Positions 34,423 through 63,836 of a stretch of DNA of 64,000 nucleotides are shown here, piece by piece; within the stretch, counting starts at the first letter, position 1, and every line of letters begins with the position of its first letter. The position numbers and the translations under genes were made by a program. This DNA is from Dictyostelium discoideum (lineage: Eukaryota), in assembly GCA_000004695.1 (NCBI GenBank), contig CM000151.3, positions 1,888,001 through 1,952,000 of the forward strand, written 5' to 3'. The notes under the pieces are model-generated. The model was not told where the DNA came from and searched no databases. It saw only the letters and a list, made by a program, of their open reading frames with translations.

Positions 34423-34551
34423 TGTTTACTATTTTTGAAAATTAAAAAATTGTTTTAAATAAATCCAATTTATATTTATATTTACTTTAAAAAAAAAAAT
34501 TAATTTTTTTTTTAAATTTTTAAATTTTGAGATAATATTTTTAAAAAATTT

Positions 34552-34591
<40 letters not shown>

Positions 34592-34706
34592 AAAACAAAT
34601 ATTAATCCACACAAAAAAAAAAAAAAAAGAAAAACAAAAACAGATAAATTTCAGATGGAGAGTAATACTTTAGATAAATAAAACATATATAAATATTTAT
34701 ATATAA

Positions 34707-34748
<42 letters not shown>

Positions 34749-35212
34749 ATAAAATAATAAAAGAAAAGTATTCATTAATTTAAATCAGTTCTTTTTTTTT
34801 TTTTTTGTATCCTTAAGTTTAAATTAATTTTTTTTGATCAAAATAAAAATTAGATGTTTGAAAACTTATATAAATAAGTTTTTTTTTACAACTTTTTACA
34901 ATTTAATTTTTTTTCTCAAATCAAGATACAAATTTGTTTTTTTTTCACTTTTTACAATTTAATTTTTTTTTTTTTTTTTTAATTTTTTGAATCAAAGATT
35001 GAAATTAGATCTTGGACCACTTAAATTAATAAGTTTTTTTTTAATTTTGAAATTTAATTTTTTTCACTGTTACAATTCAAATTTTTTTTCACTTTTGCAA
35101 TTTAATTTTTTTTTTTTTCACTTAAGTGAAAAATAAATTTATTTTTTGTTTTTTTTCCATAAACCAATATAAAAATTTTTAATAAATACAAATTTTAAAG
35201 AATCCAATAAAA

Positions 35213-36569
35213 ATGAATACATTTTTTAAAAGACATAAACAAAAATTAAAAGAAGAAATTAAAAAACTTGAAGAATCAAAAATAGAGTTACAAAAAAACC
35301 ATGATCTCTCATTTATTGAAATAAATAAAAAAATTTCAATTTTTAAATGTAACCTTAATGCTCTTGACAACAATGAAACTCAATCATTACAAAATAAAAT
35401 TTCCCAACTAGAAGAATTTATCGAAAATGAAGAAAATAATAAAAAACGTGAAATTGAAAAAATTGTCAACGACAAAAATGAAGAAATTCAAAACCACAAA
35501 AACCAACTCAATAAATACATTTCAAGATTGAACCAAAATGAAGTAGAATATAAAAAAATAGAAAATGATTTAATAAGAATGAAAGAAATCAGATCAATTG
35601 AAATTAGTTACTCTGCTTTAGAAAGTAAAAGTAAACTTTCTCATATGGGCAACCAACTTCCAAAGTCCACAGACATTAAAGATTTAATGGAAGATTTCTA
35701 TAGTTCAATTGAAAGCTACTTACTTGGAACCTGTTTAGAACATTATTCCGAAGAGTTTTGTGCCAATTTTATTAAACATATATTTGTTAGTTCATATAAA
35801 ACATGTAAAAAAATTGTTACTAATGAATTTGGTAATATTTTTAAAAATTCTCCAACTGACAATCAAGAATATTATTTTAGACGTTTAATTTTCTCTTTAA
35901 TTGATATCCTCATAGAAAGGGCTTGCAAAATTTTAAATGAAAAACTTTCAAATGAGCTATCAAAAAATCATAATCATAATAAAAATTATTTGTAAGTTAT
36001 TTTATCAATAATAATCAACAATATATTTATTAACTATTTTTTTTTTTTTTTTTTTTTTTCTCTCATCTAAAAGGAAAATGGCCCATAGTTTTATTAAGGA
36101 TTGTTGTAAATTCAATTTCAGTATTCTCTTATCACAACCAAAAGTCAAATACAATGAAATTGATGAAATTGGAAAAGAGTACTCTGAAAAAGAACATAAA
36201 TCATTTGGAAAGATTCCTTCTGATTCTAAAATGTGTGTTGATTTATTAATAATTCCATCAATCCATTTGGCTTCAGATAATAATAAAATAACTCCAAGCT
36301 ACGTACTATTAAAACCAATTGATCTTACTCCTCAATTAACTAAAGAAACCAATGAGATCACACCCATGAAGTCGCCTCTTACTGTTGATGATGCAAGTAA
36401 TGAAAAATTCTATGAGACAAACAACTCTATGGATTATTGCTATGTTAAAATCAATACCTATCTTGAACACCCTGAAATTATCACTTATGGTAAAACATCA
36501 TCAAGTGGTCAAGCATATATTGATAACTTTGAAAATAACTCTTCAAACAAAATGCAACCAACTTCTTAA
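35213..36569 (+). CDS. Hypothetical coiled-coil protein, about 424 aa. Exons: join(35213..35991, 36074..36569)
   Basis: Exon 1 ends aat tat tt|GTAAGT. Exon 2 follows ...ctaaaag in phase (L, K, then MAHSFIKDCC...), joining two ORF-track ORFs. The N-terminal 130 aa is K/E-rich coiled coil. No recognised domain. Confidence 0.55.
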
Positions 36570-37069
36570 AAATACAAAAAAATAATAATCTCAATAATTC
36601 ATTAATACTTTCATAACAAAATATAATAATAAGCTACATCTATTTTAGGAATTAAAAAAAAAAAAAAAAAATATATTAAATAAAAACAATTTTTATGAAA
36701 GATTAATTAATTTCTCTTTTTTTTATATCTTTTTTTTCTAATCAATATCTCTTTTTTTATTATGTGTTTAATTTATTTCAAAAAATAATTTTTTTCACTT
36801 TTTTTTTTTTGAAATAAATTTTTATTAATCCAATTTACAAGCCATACGGCTAAAATCAGGTGGCGTATTTATGCTTAAATTAATATTGCAGCTTAAATTA
36901 ATATGGTAATTTTGGAATGGGACAGTTTTAAAGTAAAAAAAAAAAATTAATTTAAATTAATATTTATTTTTTTCTTAATTAGTTTTGATTTGGTGGTTGT
37001 GTTATTTTATTTTATTTTTTTTTTTTTTTTTTTTTTTTTTAATCATGATTACAAATTTGAATAGTCAAA

Positions 37070-37243
37070 ATGTCGAAAAATAATCAACAAAGATATGAAG
37101 AAGAAATTGAAATTATTAACTCTACTTTTCAAAGTAAAAGTAAACTTTGTCAAATGGGCAACTCACTTCCAAACCCATCAGATTTTGCTTATAGTTTAAT
37201 GGAAGATTTCTTTTTTTCAGTTCAACTCTTACATAATAAATAA
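37070..37243 (+). pseudogene. 57-aa gene fragment (MSKNNQQRYEEEIEIINSTFQSKSKLCQMGNSLPNPSDFAYSLMEDFFFSVQLLHNK*) paralogous to residues about 130-175 of the 35213 gene (IEISYSALESKSKLSHMGNQLPKSTDIKDLMEDFYSSIESYLL)
   Basis: About 80% nucleotide identity over about 110 bp (aaagtaaaagtaaacttt.tca.atgggcaac..acttccaaa...ttaatggaagatttct). A short isolated ORF in otherwise intergenic DNA. Confidence 0.4.
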
Positions 37244-37751
37244 ATAAATATTTTTTTTTTTTTTGATTCTTAATTAATTTTTTTATGATATTTAATTTGT
37301 TTTATTTTTTTTTAACAAAAGTTTTTTTTTTTATATTTTACTTTTTTGGTAATTTTGAATCCAAAGTCAGGATAAAGTTCAAAAAAAATAAATTAAAAAA
37401 ATAAAAAAAATAAAAAAAAATAAAAAAAAATAAAAAAAATAAAAAAAAAAAAAAAAAAATGAAAAAATTTAATTTTTAATTTTTTTTTAGTTTTTTTAAT
37501 TTTTTTTTATTATTCCAAAAACATTACACAAACACAACCATTTTAAAATCTTTATAGTTTAATTTTATAGTTTTATTATTTTTATATATTACAATATTGT
37601 ATTTATATATTAAATTTTTAGTGTTAGTGAATGATTGTACATAGAGAATAAAAATATAAAAATTTTAAATCGTAAATTTATATATATATTTTATAAAAAA
37701 AAAATAAAAAATAAAAAATTAAAATTAAAAAAAAAAAAAAAATAAAAAGAG

Positions 37752-51413
<13,662 letters not shown>

Positions 51414-51437
51414 AATAAATGATTTTAAAATAATATC

Positions 51438-51470
<33 letters not shown>

Positions 51471-51549
51471 TTCTAAAAATATCTTCTTTTTTATTTTTAT
51501 TTTTTTTAAAGATTAAATAAGAAAAAAATAAGATTTTCATTCAAAGATT

Positions 51550-51597
<48 letters not shown>

Positions 51598-51653
51598 GAC
51601 AACCCAAAATATCTTCTTTTTTTTTAAAATAAACACTGCTTAAAAAAAAAACA

Positions 51654-51698
51654 ATGATTTCTAAATTATATACATATTTAAGTAAAATGGATAGTCAC

Positions 51699-51759
<61 letters not shown>

Positions 51760-54329
51760 TAGAAATTGAATTGCATGAGAAATTATTTTGGAAAATTTTT
51801 AGAAATAAATATATATTTAATGAGATATTCTCAAATTTTCAATGTTTAGGAATTAATAAATTTAGATATTATGATATTATTCATATATCATGGATGTTGG
51901 ATAATGGGTATATAAATTTAATTAAAGATAAAATTGAATTTCAAAAACATATAGTTTTTACAACTCATTTACCATCAGTAATTCAAAATAAATTTAGTGA
52001 ATCAAATTTATTTTTAAAATCAATGGATGAAACATTTGAAAGATTATTTAAAACATTTAAAGATAACAAAAATATAAATAATTTAGATGGGGACTGTACA
52101 AATAATTTAGTTTATAAATTTTATTTAAATTTATTTTCAGAAAATTATGAAAAAAACCATCAATTTGATTATTCTAATTTATTATTAATTTCAACGAGAT
52201 GTGGTAATTTAATTGTAAATAAAATTTTATATAAAAAAGGTTTTGAACAAGATACTTTAAAAAATAAAACTTTCGGAATAAAGTTATTTGAAAGTATAAT
52301 GAAATCAAATTCTTTAAAAATGATTAATTCATTTTTATCAACTTCATCATCATCATCTATAATAAAAGATAATAAAATATTTGATTACTATAAGAATCAA
52401 AATTTCAAAAATGATTTTAAACCAAATATTTATAAATTATTAAATGCATTATTTGATACAAATGAAATAACAAATAATTTAAATTTAAATGATAATGATG
52501 TTTTACAAATTATTTTAAAAGCAATCATTGAAAAATACTTTCCATTTAGTGATCCATTTTATTCAAATTTCAAATTAAATAATTTAATTGAATCAATTTT
52601 ATTTGCAATTAAAATAAAAATAATTAATGGTGATTATAAAATTAACAATTGTTCCTATGACCAAAATGAAATTAATTTAATTGATTTTTCAAATTCAATA
52701 AAATTAAAATATAATTCATTATTAAAATTATCATTAAGAAAATTAATTAATTTTAATAATAATGAATTTAATAATGAATTTAAATTATTATTAGAAATTT
52801 ATTTATTTAAAATAATGAAAAAACCAAGTCCACCATTTTTATATTATTTAAAATATTATGATAATATAAATATATATGATTATAATGAAAGTGATGAAAA
52901 ACTAAAAGAAAATGTTAAATTTATAAAAATATTGGTTGATAATAAATATGATAGTATTTTACCAAGATTTAAAAGATCAGTTTCAAAATCAAAATTATTT
53001 AGACAATCATTAAAACATGGTAATTATAATTTATTATTATATTCAGATTTAAATCAAATTAATCAAGAAACCTATAAAGAATGTGTATATGGTTTATATG
53101 AGAGAAAATCAAAAACTCCAAAATTATTATTCAAACATTGTAAAAATAATAGAGAAAAGCAATTTAAATTCTTAGAGGAAATTTCAAAGAATCAAATTAA
53201 AATTCATCCAATAACAATGATTTGTATGTTAATTGAATTACAAGATATTGAATTAATAGAATTTTATTTAAAATCAGTTGAATCAATTGATAAATGGTTA
53301 AAAGAGGTAAATCCAACACCTACAATTTCAATTGCACATTCAATTGAAACTATTGAAATGTTAGATTATTGTTTTAATAAATTTAATAATCATTTCAATA
53401 GAATTTCAATATCATGTTGGTATGAATATGGTCGTATTAATTTAATTAAAAGATATACTGATTTACGAATTCAATCAAATTGTGTCAATGATTCCATTAA
53501 AAATATACTATTACCATTTGATTCAGAATTCTTACTACATAATAGAAAAACCTCATTCAATGGTAAACTTTTACAAACAATGTGTTGGTTTATTAAAATT
53601 CAAAATTTACAATTATTTAGTGGTAATGGTGATGGGTCGCCATTATCAAATGAAAACGCTGTAAATGAATGTATAGCACTATGTAGAGATAAGAATTTAT
53701 ATTTAAATGAATTGATATTTATATTATCAAAAACAAAAACAATTTTGGATGGAAATAAAATAATTAAAAAAAAAAAATATAGTGATAATATTATCAATAC
53801 TTTAAAAACAAATATTGGTCACAATAGTAGTGGTGAACTTTCTAAATTTTCAGAATTTGTAAATTGGGCTTACTATTCTCAATCGCCATCATATATAGAT
53901 TTAAATAAATTTAAAATCCAACCAATAAATTTATATTACCAAACTAGTGAATTTAATAAATTAATGGGTTATATTGAAAATGAATTTAAAGAGTATACAA
54001 ATGAAAGATTCTTTTCAAGTAAAATTTGTAAACAATTATTATTTGAAATAGGTAGACTTGGTAACATTTCAGGTTTTAGAAATTTATTTAATTATTTACC
54101 TCAATCTATTGATGCAATTAAAGAGGTTTTAACAATTTCAGCACAATATGGAAGAATTAATATATTTCAACAATTGAATGAAATTTTAAATCAAGATCCT
54201 GAAATTACTGAAAATTATTTAGGAATTGATACTCATTTTAAACATTTTCTAATTAATGTAACTACAACAAATAGAAATTTTTATCTTTTATATTACTTTA
54301 ATAATCATTTTTCAATTATATACAAATAA
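51654..54329 (+). CDS. Hypothetical Asn/Ile/Lys-rich protein, 891 aa, with an N-terminal (AAT)n poly-Asn tract. No recognised domain
   Basis: Long intact ORF with Dictyostelium codon usage. Single exon as far as I can see. Confidence 0.5.
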
Positions 54330-54593
54330 TTATGAAGAATTAAATAAAGCATTAAAAAAATAAAATTTAAAACAAAACCACAATAAAAAACAAATTAATT
54401 CATTTCATTCTTTTCTAGATTAAATAGTAAATTTAATTGTTTTTTTATTTTTATTTTTATTATTTTTTACTAAAAAAAAGAAAAAAAAATAAAAAATAAA
54501 AAAAAAAATTAAAATAATTATTTATATATCTAGACGATTTTATTTTTGTTTTTCAAATAAATAGTTTTTGGCGCCACAAAAAATGCTTTTTTG

Positions 54594-54641
<48 letters not shown>

Positions 54642-54696
54642 CTCATCCATTCATTCAATTCAAGTAATAAAATTTATTCATCTAATAATAACAAAT

Positions 54697-55386
54697 ATGA
54701 AAAAAATTAAAATTAAAATAGAAAATGAAGATGAAAATAAAAATAAAAATGAAAATGAAAATAAAAATGAAAATGAAAATAAAAATGATAAAGAAAAAAA
54801 AATAAAAGTTTCAAAAAAAGAAATAAATAATGAAGATGTTAATCTAAAAAATGAGATTGAAATTGGCAATAAGAATAATATTACTAATGAAGATTTAATT
54901 AATTTAAAAAAAATATATGAATCAAAAATATCAATATTAAAAGAAACACATAAAAAACAAATTGGTATGTTAATTGAATTAAATTCAAAAACAATGGAAA
55001 ACATTGAAATTGGACATCAAAATCAATTGAATAAACTTGAATCCAGCCATTCAAAGTCATTTTTAGCGTTAAAAGAAAACTATTATACAATGGTTAAAAA
55101 TACAAAGATTTTACTTGAAGAAATTGATTTACTAAATATAGATTTAAAACAATCAAATCAAGATATCAATAAAGTCATTTTAAAGAATAATATCTTAAAA
55201 AATCAAATTCTAAATTTAGATAAACATATTAAAGAAATAAATAATTCAAAATCATTTTTAGAAACAATTATTTTTGAATCAAAAAATGATAATAATAAAT
55301 TAAAAGAACAAGTTGCAAATTTATTATCTTTAGCGAATAATAATATTAATAATAATAATTATAATTATAATAATAATAATAATAAT

Positions 55387-55473
<87 letters not shown>

Positions 55474-56250
55474 TATAATAATAATAATAGTAATAATAAT
55501 AGTAATAATAATAATAAAAATAGTATAAATAATAATAAAAATAATAATAGTATCCATGAAGATATTAATAATTTAAGTTTTTTAAATAATACTTTAATTA
55601 ATGGATTAAATAATATAAATAATAATTTACAAAGATTAGAATCATCAAGAGAATGGGATATCGAATCTGAAAAAGAGAAACTAGAACTTGAAAAAGCTAG
55701 AATTAGGTTAGAATTAGTAAAACTTTTAAAAAAAGGAGATGAAAAAAAATATTCTGAAAAAGAGAAGGACAAACTAATAAAAACTGAAAAAAAATCGAGA
55801 AATAATAGCGCCACCACCACCACTTATGAAGAACAACAACATCAATTACAACAAATCTTAGAAAAAGATAATAAGAAAACTATAGAATTAAAACAACAAC
55901 AACAAGATGATCTTGATGTTTCATCAGCATCTGGATATATTGATAATAAAATAGAAAAGAAAACAAGAAAATCAAATCAAAAGAAGGAAGAAAAAGAAGT
56001 AGAAGAAGAAGAGAAAAAATATGACGGAGAAAAATCAAGATCAAAGAATAAAACAACAGAAAAATTAAAAAAGAGTGGATCAACTGAATGTATTATTATA
56101 GAGGATGAAAATGATGGTGATAAAAAAGAAAAAGTTTCAAATAAAAAAAGAACAATAACTTCAAGAGGGAGTAATAAAAAATCCCAAATCGATGATGATG
56201 ACCTAAATGAAAAACCAATGAAAAAAACAAGAAATTCAAAAAAAAAATGA
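54697..56250 (+). CDS. Hypothetical coiled-coil protein, 517 aa, with an internal poly-Asn tract of more than 60 residues and a K/E-rich C-terminus
   Basis: Intact ORF. Heptad-like helical segments (ILKETHKKQIGMLIELNSKTMENIEIGHQNQLNKLE...). The antisense ORFs 55330..55557 and 55473..55823 are low-complexity artefacts. Confidence 0.5.
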
Positions 56251-56523
56251 AATCACTATTTTTAGAAATTTCTCTGTCTCTAAAGGAACAAAAGGTTTCT
56301 ACTCATTATTAAAACATTCATGTAAAAAATAAAATAAAATAAAAAAATTTTAACAATTAAAAAAATAAATTAAAAAGTAAACACACACAATTATTTATTT
56401 AATTTTCTTTTGTGTAAAAACTCCCCACACTTTCCATTTTTTTTTTTTGTTTTTTTTTTTTTGTTTTTTTTTTTTGTTTTTTTTTTTTTTTACCTATATG
56501 TAAATTGGAAATAATAAATAAAA

Positions 56524-57592
56524 ATGGAAAAAAAAGAAATTAAACATTTACATGAAAAAATAAAAAAAACTAATTTAGAAAATGAAAATAAAATAACAAA
56601 TGTTAATAATTTATATCTTCAAGATACAATAATAATAATTATTCTAAGGGATATTATTGATTATTTAATTTCAAATAAAGTTAAATATAAAAATAAAAAT
56701 TATTCAATAAAAAGATATTATTTATATAAAAATGAAATTATATATTATTCATTAGTTTCAAATAAATGGTTTAATATAATATCAACAATAATAACAAATA
56801 ATTTAATTGAAAATAGAGGAATTGGTAATTGGTTACTAAAACCAATTATTAGTTTTGAAGATACCGATTCAGGAAATTCTCAAGTAAAGAAAGTATTTTC
56901 AATTAATTATAATCATATTGGATTTATTAATAATTTAACAAATTATTATTCCCCCAATATGTAATATTGAACCACCCAATGAAATTAAATTAGAAATTGG
57001 TAAAAAGAAATCAATAATTAAAATAAATGTAAATGATATTAAAAAAATATTTAATTTTCAAGATAAATCATTATTAATATTAAATGAATTTATTGATTCT
57101 TTTAATAGTAATAATAATAATAATAATAATAATATCAATCCAAATGAATTTGATAAAATTATAATAAACATATCAAATTCTGTTTTACCAGATAATGAAG
57201 AAGTAATTAAATATTTATCAAATCCAAATTTTAAATATAAACTAAATAATGAAAATGTTGAAATTAATATAAATAAAATATTTATTGATGAAGAGAATCA
57301 AGTTTTTTCAAATTTAAATGAAAATATTGCATTAGATAATAAAATGAATGTTAATAAATTAAATATAGTTGGTTGTAGAGAATATGATTTCGATGATGAT
57401 GACGATGATGAAACTAGTGAATTATATGAAAATGAATTCAATGAATTAAAGAAACTATTACTATACTTAAATCCAAAACATTTAAAATATTCACCAAATA
57501 GTTGTTATCCTGGTTCTGAAAGATTTTATCATTGTGATTATTCTTGTTTATTTAATCCAGATATAATAATTCGTAATTTCAATTTCTATTGA
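56524..57592 (+). CDS. Hypothetical protein of about 355 aa, interrupted by an apparent single-nucleotide frame change at a C5 run (56951-56955). The N part is ORF 56524..56964. The C part is in the +1 frame through 57592 (ORF 57344..57592 is its tail)
   Basis: Frame 2 is open from 56939 to 57592 (IEPPNEIKLEIGKKKS...CYPGSERFYHCDYSCLFNPDIIIRNFNFY*) and overlaps the end of frame 1 (...NYYSPNM*). No intron signals are present. Removing one C joins them as ...NYYSPICNIEPPNEIK... Confidence 0.35.
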
Positions 57593-57679
57593 TATTCAGA
57601 ATTTGTTGAACAATTAATTTAATAAGAATAAATGATTTAATAATTTAAGAACAATTTCATTACATTTTTATTTCATGAA

Positions 57680-58582
57680 ATGTTTAAATTAAATAATTGT
57701 AGTGGTGATGGTAGTGATGATGATAGTAGTTGTGATGATGATAGTAGTTCAAGTAATGATGAAACTCATATAAATAATTCATCAAGCTCTTATAGTTGTA
57801 ATAGTTTATTTAAAACAATTAAACATAAAGATTCAGTTAAACAAGATTGGATTCAAATGATCAATTCAATTTCAAATACAAAATCATTAAAATCAATAAC
57901 TTTAAAGAATTATTGTAAACTATTTGATACTGCAAAAAATAATAATTTAAATGAAGTTGATTTAATTTCAAATGGAATTCAAACTATAATAAAATCATTA
58001 CCATATTTAAAAAGTTTAAAATTAGTTGACATTGATCCACATATATATCCATCAATTGTATTCTCAACATTACTTTCAAATTCAACCTCAACCTCAACCT
58101 CAACAACAAAAACCAAAAATGATATTGAAAACTATTCAATTAATACATTAATAATTAAATCATCATTTATACCAATTTCAGAATTATTAATTAATTACCT
58201 ATTTAGAGATTTATTATCTTTACCAATTAAAAATCAAAATTATTTTAATCATATAAATAATAGTAATAATAAAATTAGAAATTTGAAATTAATTAAAAAA
58301 CCAGTTGATCATAAAACATCACAATTAATAATTGATAATATTAAATATCTTGAAAATAATAATTTAATTTTAAATTTATATTCTTTGGAATTTGTAATTG
58401 ATATTTCAAAAATTAATCAAATATTAGATTTATTAAACTCAAAATCACTTTTATTAATTAAAGAATTAAATTTAATTTATATGGATAATCAAGATGAAAA
58501 AATTGAAAATATTATATTATCATTAAAATCAAATTCAAATAATATAATTAATAATAAAGTAATTAATTTTATAAAATTATAA
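57680..58582 (+). CDS. Hypothetical protein, 300 aa, with an acidic Ser/Asp-rich N-terminus and Leu-rich repeat-like segments
   Basis: Intact ORF. No domain recognised with confidence. Confidence 0.45.
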   Translation: MFKLNNCSGDGSDDDSSCDDDSSSSNDETHINNSSSSYSCNSLFKTIKHKDSVKQDWIQMINSISNTKSLKSITLKNYCKLFDTAKNNNLNEVDLISNGIQTIIKSLPYLKSLKLVDIDPHIYPSIVFSTLLSNSTSTSTSTTKTKNDIENYSINTLIIKSSFIPISELLINYLFRDLLSLPIKNQNYFNHINNSNNKIRNLKLIKKPVDHKTSQLIIDNIKYLENNNLILNLYSLEFVIDISKINQILDLLNSKSLLLIKELNLIYMDNQDEKIENIILSLKSNSNNIINNKVINFIKL

Positions 58583-58791
58583 AAAAAAAAAAAAAAAAAA
58601 AGAATTAAAACAATTACATAATTAATAAAATAAAATAAAATATAATTAAATTTAAATTAATAAATTAATAAATAAATTTTTATTTTTACTTTATTATTAT
58701 TATTTTTATTGTAAAATGATTACAATAATTTTTTATTTTTATTTTTATTTTTATATATATATATATTTATAATTTATATAATGAGATTATT

Positions 58792-60767
58792 TTATTTTAA
58801 TTTTCTTTCCCAAGAATCGAAAATCTCATTATCAATGTTTATTGTTTCGATATTAACAGTTGAATTGTGAGAATTTACCATTGAATGAATAACATGTTGA
58901 ATACGACCATAAACTTCTAAATAATCATAATCTCTTAATTTCATTGTAGTTTCAACACCCCATGATCCATCACCAATATATAATGTCTAAAAATAATAAT
59001 AATAATAAAAATAAATTAATAAAAAATTAAAAAAAATAGTAATAATAATAAAAATAAAAATAAGTTTAAAAACTTACACCATTTGGATGTTCCAAGCCAT
59101 TAACTAATTGTTTTGAACGTTTATATAAATGATAATGATTTTCATAACCAACAGTTAAATTATATTTATCAAAAACTGGACCCCAAAATTCTTTTGCTAA
59201 AGAAGAGATTTCAACATCCATTGAAATTTTAGTGCATGGATAGAGGGCGATATGATATAGAGCAAATTTAAATGTTTTATTATTATTATCTGATAATACT
59301 TGTTCCATCCAAGACACTTGATCAGGAATTTGATCAACTACCCAACTATCCATAACGATGATAATGGTTTCATTACCAATCGTATGAGAATGTTGTAAAG
59401 GTCTGTCATTGGGTGCAATATTTTGTAAACCCAATTGGAATGGTAAATAACTTGTATAGAATTGAACTGAGCCTCTTGAAGATTTCCATCCTCCAGCTTC
59501 ATGATTACCAATGGTTGTAATGATTGGTAATGAGAATCCTAATGGAGTGATAAAAGTTGTATCCCAACGATTGAACCATTCATCCCAACAACGATAACAG
59601 CTATCGAATCCACTGTCATATGCGACATCGCCACCCAACATCACAAACAAAGGTTCAACCATTGCTGCGTTAATTGATAATGATTCACCTGTACCTGTCA
59701 TACCCATATCACCACCTGTTATGAAATTGTATGGTGTACCATCTGATGGTGCAGTTCTAAATTTACGTTCTGGATAAAATATTAATTCACCATCAGATTT
59801 CTCAATACCAACCACTATATAATAAACAGTTGATGGTGTTAAACCAGTTATATCTGCCCAACTAACATATCTTTGTTCCTCTTGTCTAATATTATCCATT
59901 TCAAAATATGTACCATTCACACTAAAACCATATAAATTTTTAAAGTTTTCGATCTTCATCACTAAACCATCTTTAAAATAATCACTATGACTTGTTGTAT
60001 CATAATATGCGAATGAACCAATTGGTTCATCATTTGAATGCCATCCTACAATAATTGAATTTGATAAATTCTCTGGTACTGTTAATATAAAATTACAAAT
60101 TTCACCACTTGGACAACTTTCACCAAGTGATTTTCTAGAATATCTACTTGATACTCTCTTTTAAAAAAAAAATAAAAAAAAAAATAAAAAAAATAAAAAA
60201 TAAAAAATAGAATTAATATTTTATTGATTATTTATTTATTTATTTATTTATTAATTATTTAAAAGAAAAACTTACAAATGGATGAATACCAATACATAAG
60301 TCATACATCATAAAACTTGAAATAAAAGAACCAATTACAAAAGCAATGAAAACTAAAATTGAATTTCTTTTACCAAATTTTGATAAACCATTAATTAATG
60401 AACGGAAATAATTATCAATTTTACCTTTAAATTTTAAATCATTTTTATAATCTGGTGAACGTTTCATTATATTCATAAAACCAGATTGTAAAATGATTAC
60501 CATTAATACCCATGCCAATGCCCAATGAATTTGATTGAATGCTGATGCCATTAATACAAATAATGGAGTACCCACCCAAAATACTTCCCATGCTAAATAT
60601 CCACCATATCTAGCACCATCTTTTTTTGATAATCCTCTCTTTACATATTTAATAAATCCATATAAAAAGAATCCAATCATAACTGCTACTATTATTGCTA
60701 AACATATTCCTAATGATGCTAAAAAAAATAAATGTCTAAATGAAATATCATTAAATGTAGCTGACAT
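58792..60767 (-). CDS. Purple acid phosphatase-like metallophosphoesterase with an N-terminal multi-pass membrane domain, about 588 aa. Exons: complement join(60276..60767, 59078..60157, 58792..58986)
   Basis: Exon 1 (164 aa) is hydrophobic (LFFLASLGICLAIIVAVMIGFFLYGF..., VLMVIILQSGF..., ILVFIAFVIGSFISSFMMY) and ends cat cca ttt|GTAAGT. Exon 2 carries the PAP metal-ligand motifs GGDMGMTG (GDxG), GGDVAYDSG (GDxxY), GNHEAGG (GNH[DE]), ALYHIALYP and YENHYHLYKR (GHxH-like). Exon 3 follows ggt|GTAAGT...ttttag and ends ...DSWERKLK*. Exon lengths are 492, 1080 and 195 nt, all phase 0. Confidence 0.75.
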
Positions 60768-61439
60768 TTTTGATTTTTGTTTTCCTTCTTTTTTTTTTTT
60801 TTTTTTTTTTTATTATTATTCCTATTTATACCTAAAATAAAATAAAAATAATAATAATAATAATTATAAATAAAAATAAAAATAAATTAATAAATAAATA
60901 TTATTTTTTTAATAAAAAAAAAAAAAAAATTAAAATTGAATAAATAAAATGTTTAGATTATTATTTTATTTTTATTTTTTTTTTTTTAAACAAAAAAAAA
61001 AAAAAATGATAATAATAAATTAAATAAAAATAATGAATTATATAAAAACCACACTTAATCGTTTAGATCTTTAAAGTTTTTTTTTTTTTTTTTTTTTCAA
61101 TTCTTTTTTTTTTTACTAATACAAAAATAATATTACAAAAAATTAATATTACACTACTGTGCGACAAAAAATTGAAAATCCCTACCCTGATCAGAAAAAA
61201 GAAAAAGAAAAAGAAAAAAAAAAAAAAAAATCATATCATTGCGAAAATAAAAAAAAAAAAAAAATAAAAAAAAAATAAAAATAAAAATAAAAATAAATAT
61301 GTGTGTGACTAAGATATTAAAATTGATTGGAAAAATTTTATTTTTAAAATTGCATCCATGCACATTTTTGAAACTTTAATCTTAATAATTTTAATTTTTT
61401 TTTTTTTTTTTTTTTTTGATTTCAAGAAAAATAAACGCT

Positions 61440-61471
<32 letters not shown>

Positions 61472-61613
61472 TTAAAATTAAAAAAAAAAAAAAAACTGTG
61501 TTGGTGGTTTTTTTTTTTTTAAAACTAACAAAAAAAAAACTTGTTTCGTTTTTTTTAAAAAAAAAAAAAAAAAAAAAAACTATTTTATATCACACATCTT
61601 TATTTTATCAATT

Positions 61614-63836
<2,223 letters not shown>

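Noticed and set aside
34062-34614. ORFs 34062..34271 (-), 34239..34445 (+) and 34429..34614 (-)
   Set aside because: Alternative-frame or antisense reads within or next to Hsp70-like exon 1, plus poly-K from an A-run.
53482-53797. ORFs 53482..53664 (+) and 53600..53797 (-)
   Set aside because: Nested inside or antisense to the 891-aa gene. AT-rich random ORFs.
54678-56083. Minus-strand ORFs 54678..55004, 54899..55090, 55330..55557, 55473..55823 and 55880..56083
   Set aside because: Antisense to the coiled-coil poly-Asn gene. Products are poly-I, poly-L and poly-F.
60535-60840. 101-aa + ORF
   Set aside because: Antisense to the PAP-like exon 1, whose sense strand gives a coherent membrane domain.
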